A stretch of 64,000 nucleotides of DNA, from the NCBI RefSeq assembly GCF_009914755.1, contig NC_060927.1. One strand, 5' to 3'. Position numbers and translations under genes: made by a program. Under the pieces are notes generated by a model. It did not search any database. It saw only the letters and a program-made list of their open reading frames with translations, and had not been told where the DNA came from. This document shows positions 1 through 14,790 of the stretch, piece by piece. This stretch comes from the human T2T-CHM13v2.0 reference genome, Homo sapiens. Position 1 is the first letter of the stretch; each line of letters starts with the position of its first letter.

Positions 1-740
1 TGACATAGAGAGGTAGGAGCAGACCCTTAGCAGATAGATATGTCCTGTCCCTTAGGGAAACATCTAAGTGCCCTGGAGACAAATGTGACAAGAATAAAGA
101 TGCCTCAAGTAGAGGCTCATCAAGAGCCTCAAGAACAACACTGGGACTGTTATAAGTATGGGGGGGGGGCAGGGTACTAAATGTGTTGCTGTGTGTAGGA
201 TGGTCCCATTCAAGGAAGTCTATTCTTGCCCCCAAATTTCAGTTACCTTTCTTCTAGTATTGTATCCCAAATTCAAGTAAAACATTCCTGTCTACCCCAC
301 TAATTTAACATCTACACCATTTTGTATTGTTACTCATCTCACCAAAGCTCCTTGATACTTAGAAACTGGCTTTTTAATCTTTGCATTGCTACTTCTTAAA
401 AATTTATCCTTAATTTTACTCATTGGATGATGAAAAACAGGTCTTTAAAGGGGGAGGGTTAACAGGTAATGGATAGAATTTAAAAGTATAGTCAGTTTCA
501 ATAGATAACAGAGTTTAGATAAAAGCTATATTAGACGAGCCAATCTTCCCGGGGCCCTAATTTTCTCACAAGTAAAATGGAACCAACAACTACCCTATTT
601 TAAAGAAAGTTGTAAACTGTAAAGTGCAGTATAAGATCGTTTACAAAGAATGTCTAGGACCAGATTTGCTCCCAATTATTATTTCTGGAATTTAGATATC
701 TGAAACTCCAAAAGAGTGTAATATAATGAAGATACATTAA

Positions 741-1212
<472 letters not shown>

Positions 1213-1869
1213 CAAAGAGAACTCAGAATTGACTTTAAAATGAAGGTCAGAAAAAGGATAGGTCACAGGAAAAATACACTTTTATAACCTTTGAATAGAG
1301 AGAAATAGAAAAAAAAATTAAGAGATTCAAAGTTATAATCTGTCAACCACAGAATAAGAATAACCTAAGAGAAAATGCATGAAATTCAGAAATATAAAAT
1401 ATGTTTAGTTATAGTTTTGATTATGAGGTTATTGAGTAACATAACTAACATTGTTTACCATGCTGAGGTGCTGTGCTATACCTGTAATTACTTCCATTTT
1501 ACAGTGAGTCATTTAAGTGAACATTTAAGTAACCTTGCCCAGGGCTTCAGAATTAATGTATCTTAAAGCCTGGATGAATTGAGATAAACGGTAAAAAGAT
1601 TTCTGTGAAGGTCACTGACTTCAAAATATCAAAGATACAGCTTGCTATTGAGAGGAAATACTGGGTCTTTAAAATGTCGAACTTTTGATGGTGACAAAGA
1701 TAATAATAATAAAGTGTAAACACCATGTGAGAGTTAGAAGACAGAATTTGAAAGTTAGTCTACCAATATATTGAAATTATTAATGTCAGAAAAGGAATTC
1801 TATAGTACAGGGAATCTGATTTTAATTTGGTTTTCTTGAATAGGATGAAAGAGAATCAATTAATGACAT

Positions 1870-2516
1870 TGTGTTAATAAGTACTCTTTTGGCTGCAAGT
1901 GACAGAAACCTTTATCAAACTTGTTTGTTTGTGTGTTTTTTAAAGGGAGTAAGGAGGGAGGGATTGATTGGCTTATGTAATTGGGAGGTCCAGCAGAGTA
2001 ACTGGCTTCAGACAAGACTGAAGTTAGATGTCCAGTGGCCTTTTTCAGGAATCTGTCTTCTTTCCTTTATCTCTGGTCTGCTTTCCTCTGCCCGATATAT
2101 GGATGGAGACGACAGCCCTCTGCCTACTTGTCCTTACAGCTAGTATCCTGATGAAACAAATGTTCAGCCCCCACCCAGCCAATAGTTGTCAAACATCCTG
2201 GGGATGACTCAGATTATGCTTATTGGCTGGCTTGGAGGATGTGTCTATCCTTTCACTAATTATTACGACCAGGGAGTTGAGTTGGCCATCCTTGTGCCAC
2301 GTGCTCACTCTTGGAGCACTCGCTTCAGATGGGGTCATCCCTATCTGAACCATATGGACTAAAAGTGGGGGAGAGATATTTCCTTCAAATGGGGATGATA
2401 CAGAGGCAGACTTCATGTATGTATGTATGTATGTATGTATGTATGTATGTATGTATTTATGTATTGAGACGGAGTCTCGCTCTGCCGCCCGACTTTAAAA
2501 GGCAGATATCCACTAC
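1870..2516 (-). mobile_element. Old MaLR (MLT1-type) LTR remnant interrupted by a tiny Alu fragment
   Basis: TTGGCTGCAAGTGACAGAAAC start motif typical of reverse MLT1 LTRs; heavily diverged. Confidence 0.45.
2416..2490 (-). repeat. (TATG)n microsatellite derived from the tail of a ~27-bp 5'-truncated Alu
   Basis: About 11 TATG units directly followed by TTGAGACGGAGTCTCGCTCTGCCGCCC. Confidence 0.8.
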
Positions 2517-2678
2517 TCTGATGTTTTGGTCTTTAATTATATTGCATGCAATGTGTGGCTACAGTGGAAATGCCAACTTGTGTCTAGCTAAAGAAGGGGA
2601 GAAATTAAAACAGAATCAAAGAATAGAAGTTAGAGAGTTAAGAAGTTTTTTTTTTTTCTCTCTCTCTCTCTCTTTTTA

Positions 2679-3074
<396 letters not shown>

Positions 3075-3599
3075 CTATAAAGTCTTCTTTTGCTCTTTCA
3101 GTGTATAAAGTACCTTTGCAAACTCAGTATATTATTTTTAATCCTGCAAAGGTTTGGTTTATGGTATTTTGCCAGAATTTGTATGTTATGGAATGGTGTA
3201 TTTTGGGGATGGTAAATATTTTATTAATTGAGAAATCCATCTGCTTTTGATTTGCTTCAGTACATTTGTGTTATCAGTCAGAGAAGAATCTTATATCCCT
3301 CATTGGTAATCATCCTTTTGACAGGAATAACACATTAAAGCTTCATTAAGCTGTTAAGACTTATTCTGAATAGCACATAAAATCTCAAGCAATTGCTTTT
3401 CTCCAGCTGGCTAGATATTTTATTATCCTTTAATTAAAAATATTGAATAGTTAAGTCTAATTAACTCACAATATTCTTTAAAGTTTGCCATAATGTGTAC
3501 CTTTAATATAAAGATGACTGTAGAATTTAACATGAGGCTTTAATCTTCTTAAAAGTTTACAGATATGTATTTAGTGCAAATTTTTATTTATAGCATACC

Positions 3600-4200
3600 T
3601 TTTCAAAAAGTGTTTGAAGTGCTTATCATAAAAAAGAATGTATATAATAAGGTTAACCATAGAGTAATCCAACCCAAAACAAGGAAGAGAAAGCAAGTAT
3701 GCATGTAAATATATACTTTTGTGCTTAGCTTATTTTAAAGCATATGAATTTTAAAGTTGGCTCTGAGCTTCCCAGCAGCAGGGTCGAAAAAATGAAAATT
3801 CAGTGGATTACACTGTTATCATCTAAAAGGTAGACAGACACCTAATAATTCTTCAAGAACAGAAAATTTTTCCTTCATATTAAGTTGTAAAACAAATTCT
3901 CCATGTGAATTCCTTACATGGGAGATATCATTCAAGATAATGGACAACACAGAAGCAATATGAATCTTCCTTATAATAATTTTTAATAAAAGCAAGACCA
4001 CAACACTCAATGATAGTTATTCTTCTAAGGGGTATTAGGCTAATGATATTTAGATAGCATGTAGCTTTCTGATGATCTCCCTTGACACAAGGATAGATTT
4101 GAGTGAACTTATAAGAATGTTTTTCCTTAGATGTTTCTTAAAAATCACTTTCTCAGATAGGCATTTAATGGGAGCTGGACAGAGAAAAATGGCAGTATTA
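3600..4200. mobile_element. Possible ancient L4/RTE-type LINE remnant
   Basis: Motif GCTCTGAGCTTCCCAGCAGC recalled from L4; very diverged. Confidence 0.3.
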
Positions 4201-4581
4201 ATAATAATCTGCTGAGGTCTTTGAATATTGAAATTCAGTTATTGACCAAGGCTCCATATACTTTGGAGTGGAAATAGGGTTAACATTCTGATATGAAAGT
4301 GGAGAATTCTGACCAGTATTCCCAACTAGGAGACAGATTGTTTTCCAGATTAATTCACATCATTTTATACAAACTACATCTTTATGTAGAAAAATGTAGC
4401 TGCTTTTTAAAAACAATGAATAGAGCTCTTGATCAGCTAGCATAACTACCTGAAGGTTCCCCTGATCTGTTTCAGAACCCCAAAGATATTCCCCAACCAC
4501 CTGAAGGAAAATGACTTGGATGAACTTCCCTTTGGAAGTTGGGTCACTAATAGATATTTTTAGAATTTCCTGAAAAGATTT

Positions 4582-4956
4582 TGTATTAGTCTGTTTTCAC
4601 GCTGATGATAAAAACGTACCTGAGACTGGGCAATTTACAAAAGAAAGAGGTTTAATTGGACTTACAGTTCCACATGGCTGGGGAAACCTCGCAATTATGG
4701 TGGAAGGCAAGGAAGAGCAAGTTATATCTTACACGGACGGCAGCAGGCAAAGAGAGAGTGAGGAAGATGCAAAAGTGGAAACCCCTGATAAAACCATCAG
4801 ATCTTGTGAGACCTATTCACTACCATGAGAACAGTATGGAGGAACTGCCCCCATGATTCAATTACCCCCCACCAGATCCCTCCCACAACACATGGGGATT
4901 ATGGGATTACAATTCAAGATGAGATTTGGGTGGGGACACAGAGCCAAACCATATCA
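4582..4956 (-). mobile_element. THE1 (MaLR) solo LTR
   Basis: TGTATTAGTCTGTTTTCACGCTG...GGGGACACAGAGCCAAACCATATCA; 5-bp TSD GATTT/GATCT. Confidence 0.9.
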
Positions 4957-5099
4957 GATCTGTTCAAGATTTATTATAAGCAAAATAAAGATGTTGTATT
5001 AGTTCCTGTGGTTCTGATTCCTGGATCTGCACAGTTGTTGAAATTTCCCTTGTTGAGAGAGTAGCAGGGTCTCAATAACAAAATAAAACCAGCTACCAG

Positions 5100-5320
5100 T
5101 ATCATTTACTGAGTAACTTCTGTATGTAGGTACTGTGTGCAAATCTTTACATGTGTTATAATATTACTTTAACCTTCACACAATAATATAGGCTATTATA
5201 ATCCCCATTCTAATAATGAGAAAACTGAAACTCAGGTTTACCTGAATATTCATAACTAATAAGTGGCAGAAATAGGATTTGAGCCCAGATCTCTTTACCA
5301 GCTTTTAACCACTACACACT
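5100..5320 (-). mobile_element. MIR remnant
   Basis: CCCCATTCTAATAATGAGAAAACTGAAACTCAG core and GGATTTGAGCCCAG. Confidence 0.6.
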
Positions 5321-6364
5321 TATCTGTGAAGGAAATTTGAGTCTCCACGTATTAGCATTTGAGATCACTAAACTCTTTCTTTTTCCTGGTATTTCTGACA
5401 AAAATTGCCCATGGGTCATGATACTTTGGACTTCGATTCTGGCTTAAATGAGTTGTTTTCCTTTTTTAAAAACACATTTTTTTCCTCAAAAAAAAAAAAC
5501 TCCAAAACAAGAATAGCTTATATTTTATAGCAGAATTATTGTACCTTAATTTCTATATATAGATTTTTATCTAATAATGAGTTTTAAATATCTTCTTGCA
5601 TAATGAGACTAGAGTCATTTTCCAGTTATTACTGAAGTTTGAGGAGATTCATTTGGTTCTTAAAAGAGCTTACTCACCTTGATAATGGCTTTGCAGTCCT
5701 CCACACTTAGTATGCCCATGTGCTGCAATTAAAAATTACTTATAATGATGGGACTTGGCTTGATATCTCTAGAGTTGCATTGTTGCATACCATAGCCACC
5801 AGCTAAATGTGACTATTTTGGAGTTAAATAAATTTAAATCACTTTACATTAAAAATTCACTTCCTCAAGAACACTAGCCATCTTTCAAATCTATGGAATG
5901 CTCCATAATCACAGCAAGTTCTCTTGGGCTGTACTTCTCTAGAGTGTACATTTTTCATGCCTCTATATCCCTTCCTACCTTCTGCTTCTAAAATGATAAT
6001 GACTTCCTCCAAGACTGACTTCTATATCTTCCATAATTTGGTGAGACAGCTTATCTTTCCAATGATTTCCCATGATAGTTGACATGGAGGAGTCTTTGTT
6101 GGCCTAGCTGATGTTCCTGTGGTACAGGAAGCATGCTAACTGAGGCCAAGTTTATCATCTTACTGAAGTGGCAAGTCCATAAAGCCCCCAAGTTTTTATT
6201 TTCCAGGTTATATATTGAGCCAAGAATCTTAGGTGACTGTTATTAGAAGCATTTATAGACCCTGTTTTGTTGAATTGCTTCAGAGACTACTCCCATCCAT
6301 AGTGGACTTATTAGTAATTTTGTTGCTGTCAAAACTTACAGAAAAACTTCTACAACAGCTTTAG

Positions 6365-6776
<412 letters not shown>

Positions 6777-6899
6777 TGACATAGTCCACAAAAAGTTTGC
6801 CTCTTTCCATTAGTTAGTCTGTATTGTTTTGGAAGAAAAAAATGTTTTCCATAAATCTGATTCTTTTAATGTATCCTGATTGGCTTTGGTTGTTGTTAA

Positions 6900-7246
<347 letters not shown>

Positions 7247-8178
7247 GCATGTTCGTTCTTAAATAATGTGGTACACTGAGGCCTACTGGGCGTGTACCAA
7301 TGCCGTATTTGCCTTGAGCACTCCCATGTTACATGTGTAAACTTCTTTGGTCTATCTTTTTTGTAGTGATATTCCACAATAAGCTCCTTTAGAGAAGTTT
7401 GTTAACTATGTTGTTTGCCAACGATATTCTATTGCTTCAATATAGACAGTACACTGAATATCTTTGCTGTGTGTAAAATTATCCTGAAAAGTTTTCCTTT
7501 TCCAAATGAGCTAAGAAGTGTGCAATACTTACTAGTGGTCAGGTTTAGACCCTCCAGAACCACTTAGAAACAGGCCACCACTTTCCTTCTCTCACAGTTG
7601 TATAAATAATCTGATTGAGAAATAGAGCAGATCTCTGTTCAGAATGTTCTTGGTCACTGGACACCTCATAACTGAGGCTTTATATTAACCACGATCGTTC
7701 TAGTTTCAAGGATTGAGGCCATTTCCCAAGTTCAGAAAAATCATGATCAGTATTTGTCAAGTATTAGTCATTGTGAAGTGTAGTGATGGGGAGTAGGGAC
7801 AATAAATATATTCATCTCCAATTTTGTATAACTGAAAAGTGTAAAAATAAAGAAGAAAGAGATGCCTCTTGAGTGAATTTAATACAGCTGTTTTTGCTGT
7901 TAATAATAAAACATCTTACTGAAACCAAAATTTGTTCAAAGTTTCATTAAGTGCCCTTTTGGAGCTGTGTCTTAATCGACTGCCAGAAGTTGAATAAACC
8001 AATGAGGAAACACTGTACCCTACTTAAAAGTAGCAGTAAATTTTTCTTCCATATCCACTTTTGATACATCATGAAGGTCAGCAAGATGTTACTGCTGTGC
8101 AAAACAGCTACATTCGTGTAATATTATTTTCCATATGTCTGTTTTCTTAGTTACTAGATTATTGTTCCCATGCGTTCT

Positions 8179-8228
8179 TCCCGACAATTTTGCTTTTACA
8201 AGTCCCGACAATTTTGCTTTTACAAGTC
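8179..8228. repeat. Perfect 24-bp tandem duplication (TCCCGACAATTTTGCTTTTACAAG x2)
   Basis: Copies at 8179-8202 and 8203-8226. Confidence 0.95.
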
Positions 8229-8476
8229 GTGGTGAGCAGGGCATACATGTCCACTAGTCTGCTAGTTTTAGAAATGGTTTTCCTGACTTTGATTTGTTTT
8301 GATCGCATCAGGCATATTGCTGAACAGTAAGAAAAGGGTTGAAGAAAAGAGTTCTAATGAATAAAAGATGGGATTTCTTCTATATGCATTTTTGTTATCC
8401 TTGATTCCACAGAAATTCTATTTTGATTCCTTCATTCAATAACAATAATAATGTTTTTATGACTATCACAGCTTGA

Positions 8477-8477
8477 A

Positions 8478-8510
<33 letters not shown>

Positions 8511-8529
8511 CACACACACACACACACAC
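8477..8529. repeat. (CA)n microsatellite, ~26 units with one CG interruption
   Basis: Seen directly. Confidence 0.97.
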
Positions 8530-8539
8530 TCAAGCTGCC

Positions 8540-8770
8540 AGTCTGTCTTAAGGCAGTGGCAGATGCCTGATTGGCGGGCTCTGTTTATTCTGTGACCAGA
8601 TTCCTTCTAAAAGAAGGAAGGCCATGTCTGCCTGAAGCCTATTGGCTGGGCCTACTCTGGACCCGCCCCTCTTTTTTTTTTCATGACACACACCACAGCG
8701 AAGTCTGTGCGGAATCCTAAACCAGCCCAATTTACATCCATTCATGAATCTGTGACGTCAGCAAGCCTTT
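8540..8770 (+). promoter_or_regulatory. MAP3K13: TATA-less proximal promoter: inverted CCAAT boxes (8570-8574, 8641-8645), GC box (8662-8669), CCAAT (~8726), CRE TGACGTCA (8753-8760)
   Basis: Motif cluster in repeat-free DNA just upstream of a consensus splice donor; gene assignment from recall. Confidence 0.7.
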
Positions 8771-8915
8771 GGGCTCCTTTGCGGTGGGCTGGAGGATTGT
8801 GTGGGTGGAATCCCCCTCCCCTTTATTTTTCCAATTCTGCAAGGCTTTTAAAATTCACCTTACATCTTTTCAAAGCAAGAAAATGGAACAGCATGTGTAG
8901 GAATTCTTCGTTGTT
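8683..8915 (+). other. MAP3K13: Probable non-coding first exon (5' UTR) of MAP3K13/LZK; start approximate, donor GTT|GTGAGT at 8915/8916
   Basis: Promoter motifs plus strong GTGAGT donor; sequence and ~54 kb distance to the RPL4 pseudogene match my recollection of 3q27 (not verified by search). Confidence 0.65.
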
Positions 8916-11370
8916 GTGAGTATTGCACTCTGTTTTTCCTGTTTCTTCAGTATTTATTTCACAAGGACAGACAGAGAATGTGTGATTTGAGGTGATTAGA
9001 AAGCTGATATTATTGAGGGCGACACCGTGAGAGAGACAGAGAGACAGAGGCGGAGAGAAACCCGAAACCCCGTTACAGCTAGGAGCCTCTGAAACTGACA
9101 GCTGGTTTTCCTTTGCTTGTCTGCCTGCTAGACGTGGACATTTTTCATTTACGGTTCTGCACGTTACCTCGGATGCCTGCTTGGCTTTCCTTAAAGGGAG
9201 ATTCATTTCTCTGAGAGATGATGTGGATGGTATTAGCAGAAAAGCCCAGAACACCAGAAAGGTGCTGAGAAAAGCGGGGCCCGCAAGACAGAGCAGGTTC
9301 TATCCTGTGGGGCACTTGTCTTCCTTGCGACCGTCCTTTCTGCCGTTCCTCACCCTTCACCTTGCCTTTGTTTCATATTGTGTAACAGTCAGTATCTTGC
9401 GATTGCAATTTGGTGAAGATGAATACTTGTTCAACCATTTTTCAAAAGCTCTTATGACGGGAGCCATAGTGGTGTATTTATATATATTCATAGCTCTTCT
9501 TTATGTCACTCTCTACACTTTATAGTGTCAAAAACTTAAAAAGCTGCATTCGAGGGAAAGGGGGAATTATCCTTAAACTTGGGTTTTTCAATATCCTCTA
9601 ATGAAAACTAAGAAGTGGTTACAATGTTCCACAATTATATTGCATAGAAATGCACATGAGTGTTTTCCTAAGATGAACTTATTAGCTGAAAATAGTTTAT
9701 TCCACTGTGTTGGGGAAACATGGAAAAGTTCTGATATGTTCCATGTATAAAGTTGGTTTGGTAGTTTGCTACTGTAGTTTTAACAAAAAGTTACTATTTG
9801 TGATTGAATTTGTTTTCCAAGGGTCTGTTTATTCTGGTGAAAGTTGTGAGAGTAAAGAAGAGGGATGTGACATTGTGACATGTTCTGCCCCTGGGGCAGC
9901 TCCTCAACCCGAATAATCTGACAGCATTTCCCAACTGCTTCACTTTGAGCGATTTATATGCCAGTCTGCAGCATGTACCCAGTTGTTCTTTCTCCTGAGA
10001 AAGCAAAATGCCTGATATTTCTTATAATCCAGGCTGCCATGTTTACCTTGTAAAATCAATACTTAATTTTTAGATTTTTATATTATCTTTTCTCGTGAAG
10101 CAAGACTTCTAAATTATGGCTATAATATCTTTTGAATTGTTGTTCTTAATGAATCTTCCAACTGTAAACTCATCTAATTTCAAACTTATCATACCTGAGG
10201 ATGTAACATTGTCTTTTGTTTCTCATCTTGATATTACCGTCAATCATTTTGTATTTCTGAGTACATTTGAACTTGCTGGAGTAATAGAGGGAAAACCTCT
10301 GCCTGATTCTAAATCAGATCTTTGTCCTATACTCGGACAATTATGGTTTCATATTTTATTATTTTTTATTTTCTGGGTTTAACAAATGAGATAACATTTT
10401 AGACATAATATTTGTAAACATCTTGACTTATTTCAGCATTTTCCTTTTTTGTATATCTTCAGAGAGTTTGTTGAAAGTAGCAATTTCCAAGTAATTTTAA
10501 ATTATTGAAGTCTACTAGCACGAAAGGTCAAATTCTTAGGATATTTAAAAAATGTTGTTTAATAATCAAACTCATCTTAAAAAATGTTCATCAGACTCTG
10601 TCTTTGATGCACATTTTGCCAAAAGAGAGCCTTATTTCTGTGAAAGAAATACAGTATGTACTTTGGATTTACTAAAGTAAAACTGTTACTTTAAGGCACA
10701 GAGCAGATATAGAATCCCCCTCTCTCCCCACTCCTAGTGACTGTATTCTACATTATATTTATCTTCATGTATAGTGTACTTGTAGGGAAAAAAACAATAA
10801 CTCTTAATTGTTTAATATCAAACAATAAAATCCTGTGTATCAGTGACTGTCAATAGATGGCTTTCTGTTTAAAAACTGAAGCTACTCCAGAAGTAGGAAT
10901 TAATTTATTTAGTAAACAAAGTCAGTCAAACCAGAGCCATGTCCTGGGGAACTGTCAAAAGAATGGTTCCTAAGGGCCAGAGGCCACATCCACTGGTAGA
11001 TGACAGAACAACCATACTTCAGATGGCAAAACCGGTCAGTTTGGTTTGCGTTGTGTGCCTATCCTCTTTCTGTGTGCTTCAGCTGAATTAAGTGCTTGGA
11101 GAGCTCAAATAGTTCAAGATAGCCAAGATGACCAATTCTGCCAGGTGGCAGCCTGATCTTGCAATTTTGATTAAAATAAAGAACATTCCCCAAGAACAGT
11201 TTGTTGCAAAAAAATAAAAATAAAAAAATCACACCCTTGCTCTGTGTTACTATTCTGTAAGAATATGGGGGAGAAAAAAATTTAGAAAATGCAGTCTTTA
11301 CTCTGAAGGAATCTAGAAAGGAAAATGCCGGAAATAAACTTCAGTATTAGAATTACCTGTGGAACCTTTT

Positions 11371-11531
11371 TCCCTTCCCTCCCTACCTCTTTCTCCCCAT
11401 CCCCTCCCCTCCCCTCCCCTCCCCTCCCCTCCCCTCCCCTCCCCTCCCCTCTCTTCCCCTCCCCTTTCCCTTCCCTCCCTCCCTCCCTCCCTCCCTTCCT
11501 TCCTTCCTTTCTTTTCTCTTTTCTTTTTTCC
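11371..11531. repeat. Polypyrimidine (CCCCT)n/(CCCT)n/(CCTT)n low-complexity tract
   Basis: Seen directly; sits at the 3' end of the adjacent reverse L1. Confidence 0.95.
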
Positions 11532-11534
11532 TAT

Positions 11535-12760
11535 TTAATGGTTTTTAGTATGTTCACAGAGTTGTACAATCATCACAATCCATTTTAGAACATTTTCATC
11601 ATCACAAAAAGAAACCACATACCCATTAGCAGTCACTCCTCATTTCTCTTCACCCCCCAGCCCTAGACAACCGCCAGTCTGCTTTCTCTATATATAGATT
11701 TGCTCAGTCTGGATATTTCATGTAAATGAAATCATACAGTACATGCTCTTTTGTAACTAGCTTATTTCACTTAGCATAATGTTTTCAAAGTTTGTCCATG
11801 TTGTAGCCTATATCAGTACTTCTTATCTTTTTATTCCCAAGAAATATTCCAGTGCACCATATTTTACTTATCCATTCATCAGTTGATAGATATTTGGGCT
11901 TCCGCTTTTTGACTATTAGGAATAATGCTTCTATGAACATTTGTGTACACATTTTTGTGTGAATTTGTTTTAATTTCTCTTGGGTATATACCTGGGACTT
12001 GAATTGCTGGGTCATTATGATTACTATATGTTTAACATTTTCAGGAGATGCCAAATTGTTTTCCAAAGTGGTTGCACCATTTTACATTCCCATCAGCAAT
12101 GTATGAGGGTCCAGTTTCAGCACATCCTCTTCAACACTTGTTATTATCTATCTTTTCTATTAGAACCATCTTAACAAGTTTGAAATGGAATCTCATTGTG
12201 GTTTTGGTTTATATTTCCCTAAAAGTGAATGATGTCAAGGATCTTTTTATGTGCTTATTGGCCATCTGTATATCTTCTTTGGAAAAATATCTATTTAGAC
12301 ACATTGTCCACATTAAAAATTAAATTATCTTTTAATCCTGACTTGCAAGTGTCCTTTATATATTCTGGACACAAGCTCTTTATCAGATGTATACTTTGCA
12401 AATATTTTCTCTCATTCCATAGGTTGCCTCCACTTTCTTGATAATATTGTTTATGGTATAAAAATTTTTAATTTTGATGAAGTTCAGTTTTATTTTCTTT
12501 TGTTGCCTATGCTTTTGGTGTCATATCTAAGTTGGCTTTGCCTGACTCAAGGTCATAAAGATTTACTTCTATGTTTTCTTCTAAGAGTTTTATAGTTTTA
12601 GCTCCACATTTAGATCTGTGACTCATTTTGAGTTATTTTTTGTGTGTGCTATAAAGACAGGGTTCAACTTTATTCTTTTGAATCTGGATATTCAGTTGTT
12701 TGAGTAATATTTGTTTAAAAGACTATTCTTTCCCCCATTAAATTGTCTTGGCACCCTACC
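11535..12760 (-). mobile_element. L1MB-type 3' fragment (ORF2 end plus 3' UTR)
   Basis: Degenerate ORF2 C-terminus (CTQMFIEALF...STDEWISKIW) and CTTATTTCACTTAGCATAATG motif. Confidence 0.85.
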
Positions 12761-12905
12761 AGGGAACTTAAAAAAAATACTGATGCCATGCTTCCACCTC
12801 CAGAGATTTATATTTAATTGGTTTGTGATGGGACCCAGTGATGATGTATTTTTAAAAAGCTTCCCAGCTGAGTCTAATGTGCAGCCGGGCTTGAAAACTA
12901 TTGAC
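12760..12905. mobile_element. MER5A-type hAT DNA transposon remnant
   Basis: TTTTAAAAAGCTTCCCAGCTGAGTCTAATGTGCAGCCGGGCTTGAAAAC motif. Confidence 0.6.
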
Positions 12906-13143
12906 ATGCAGGGTCTTAGAACAGAAGAGAGAGAGAGACTTTCAGAATCAGGAAAGAAAATGAGCGAAAACATAGCATTCTGATATGAAAAGGAGGGAAG
13001 AAAGGAAAATTAAGAAGATTCATACCAGAAAGCTTGAGTTTTCTTGTTATTCACTCAAAGAGTGAGGGTATCATTGGAAGTTAATGAAATATGTTAAAGA
13101 GGAGGAGCTAACATTTATTAAGCACTTTCTACGTGTCTGTAAA

Positions 13144-13437
13144 TTTTTTTTTTTTTTAAACAAGGTCTCCCTCTGTTACCCAGACTGGAATATGGTGGCT
13201 TGATCACAGCTCCCTGCAGCCTCAGCCTCCTGGGCTCAAGCCATCTTCCCACCTCAGGCTCCGAATACCTGGGCCCACAGACACATGCCACTATAGCTGG
13301 CTATTTCTTAAATTTTTTATAGAGATGAGGTCTCCCTATGTCACCCAGGCTGGTCTCAAACTCCTGTGCTCAAGTGATCCTCCTGCCTTGGCCTTCCACA
13401 ATGTTGTAATTACAGACGTGAGCCACTGTGCCCAGCC
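13144..13437 (-). mobile_element. AluJ within a MIR
   Basis: CTCCTGGGCTCAAG AluJ-type motifs. Confidence 0.85.
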
Positions 13438-13499
13438 TACATGGCTATAAACCTGTTGGGAGCTTTTATATACATTATTTTATTAAAATATAATCTTCA

Positions 13500-13710
<211 letters not shown>

Positions 13711-14219
13711 ATTAATTAAATGTAATCTTTGTGATATGAAGTAGGTAGTAGTATTCCCACTGTACAGATGAGGAAAAAAAGGCTCAGATAGGTCACTGAC
13801 TTAACCAAAGACACCAGGTAGTATATGTTATATCTAATTTTCAAACCCAGCTTTAATTCCTAGTTCTGTTCTCTTTCTTCTGTTTACTATGGATTGTGAA
13901 CATTAAGTATTGCCATGAATTGCTCTCGGTCCAGTCCAGCATGAATTTAAAATCTTCTGTAGCACTGCTCTGGAATGGGCAAAGAAAGAGTAAGGTAAGT
14001 TAGATGTTGGGGGTTATATAGGGTTAAGTGTTGGCACAGCAGGTGCAGTGGAAGGTAAGAAGTTGGAGGTAAATGAGGATTATCACATAATAACCATGGA
14101 GCCTAGACAGGCTATACTCTCCCTAGACGTAGCTAGCAGAAAAAGCCCTAAGAGGGTGGAGGGCCCATGTACCGGGCATGAGAGAATGATTGAAGGGAAT
14201 GATAGAAAAGATGAACTTT

Positions 14220-14525
<306 letters not shown>

Positions 14526-14544
14526 TTAGCAAGTATAAAGGTGT

Positions 14545-14790
14545 TGTCATCATTTTTCTATTCATTTAATCAACAATATTGATTGAGCATTTACTATGAG
14601 TTCTAAGTATTAGGTACGCAGCAGTGAATAAAACAGACAAAAATTGTTGCCCTCTTGGAACTTAGTTTAATCTAATGAAAGGAGATGAACAGTAAGTAAG
14701 TAAATTATGTTTAGACAGTGATAAATGTTAAGGAGAAAAATAAAGATGGGAGGGGAATAGAGCGTGCTGGGAGTGGGGTAAATTTAAAAT
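14545..14790 (-). mobile_element. L2 3' end
   Basis: TTCATTTAATCAACAATATTGATTGAGCATTTACTATG is a reverse L2 tail. Confidence 0.65.

Noticed and set aside
10116-10382. 88-aa hydrophobic ORF as a real gene
   Set aside because: Hydrophobicity follows from T-rich DNA and I recognise no homology; kept only within a low-interest finding.
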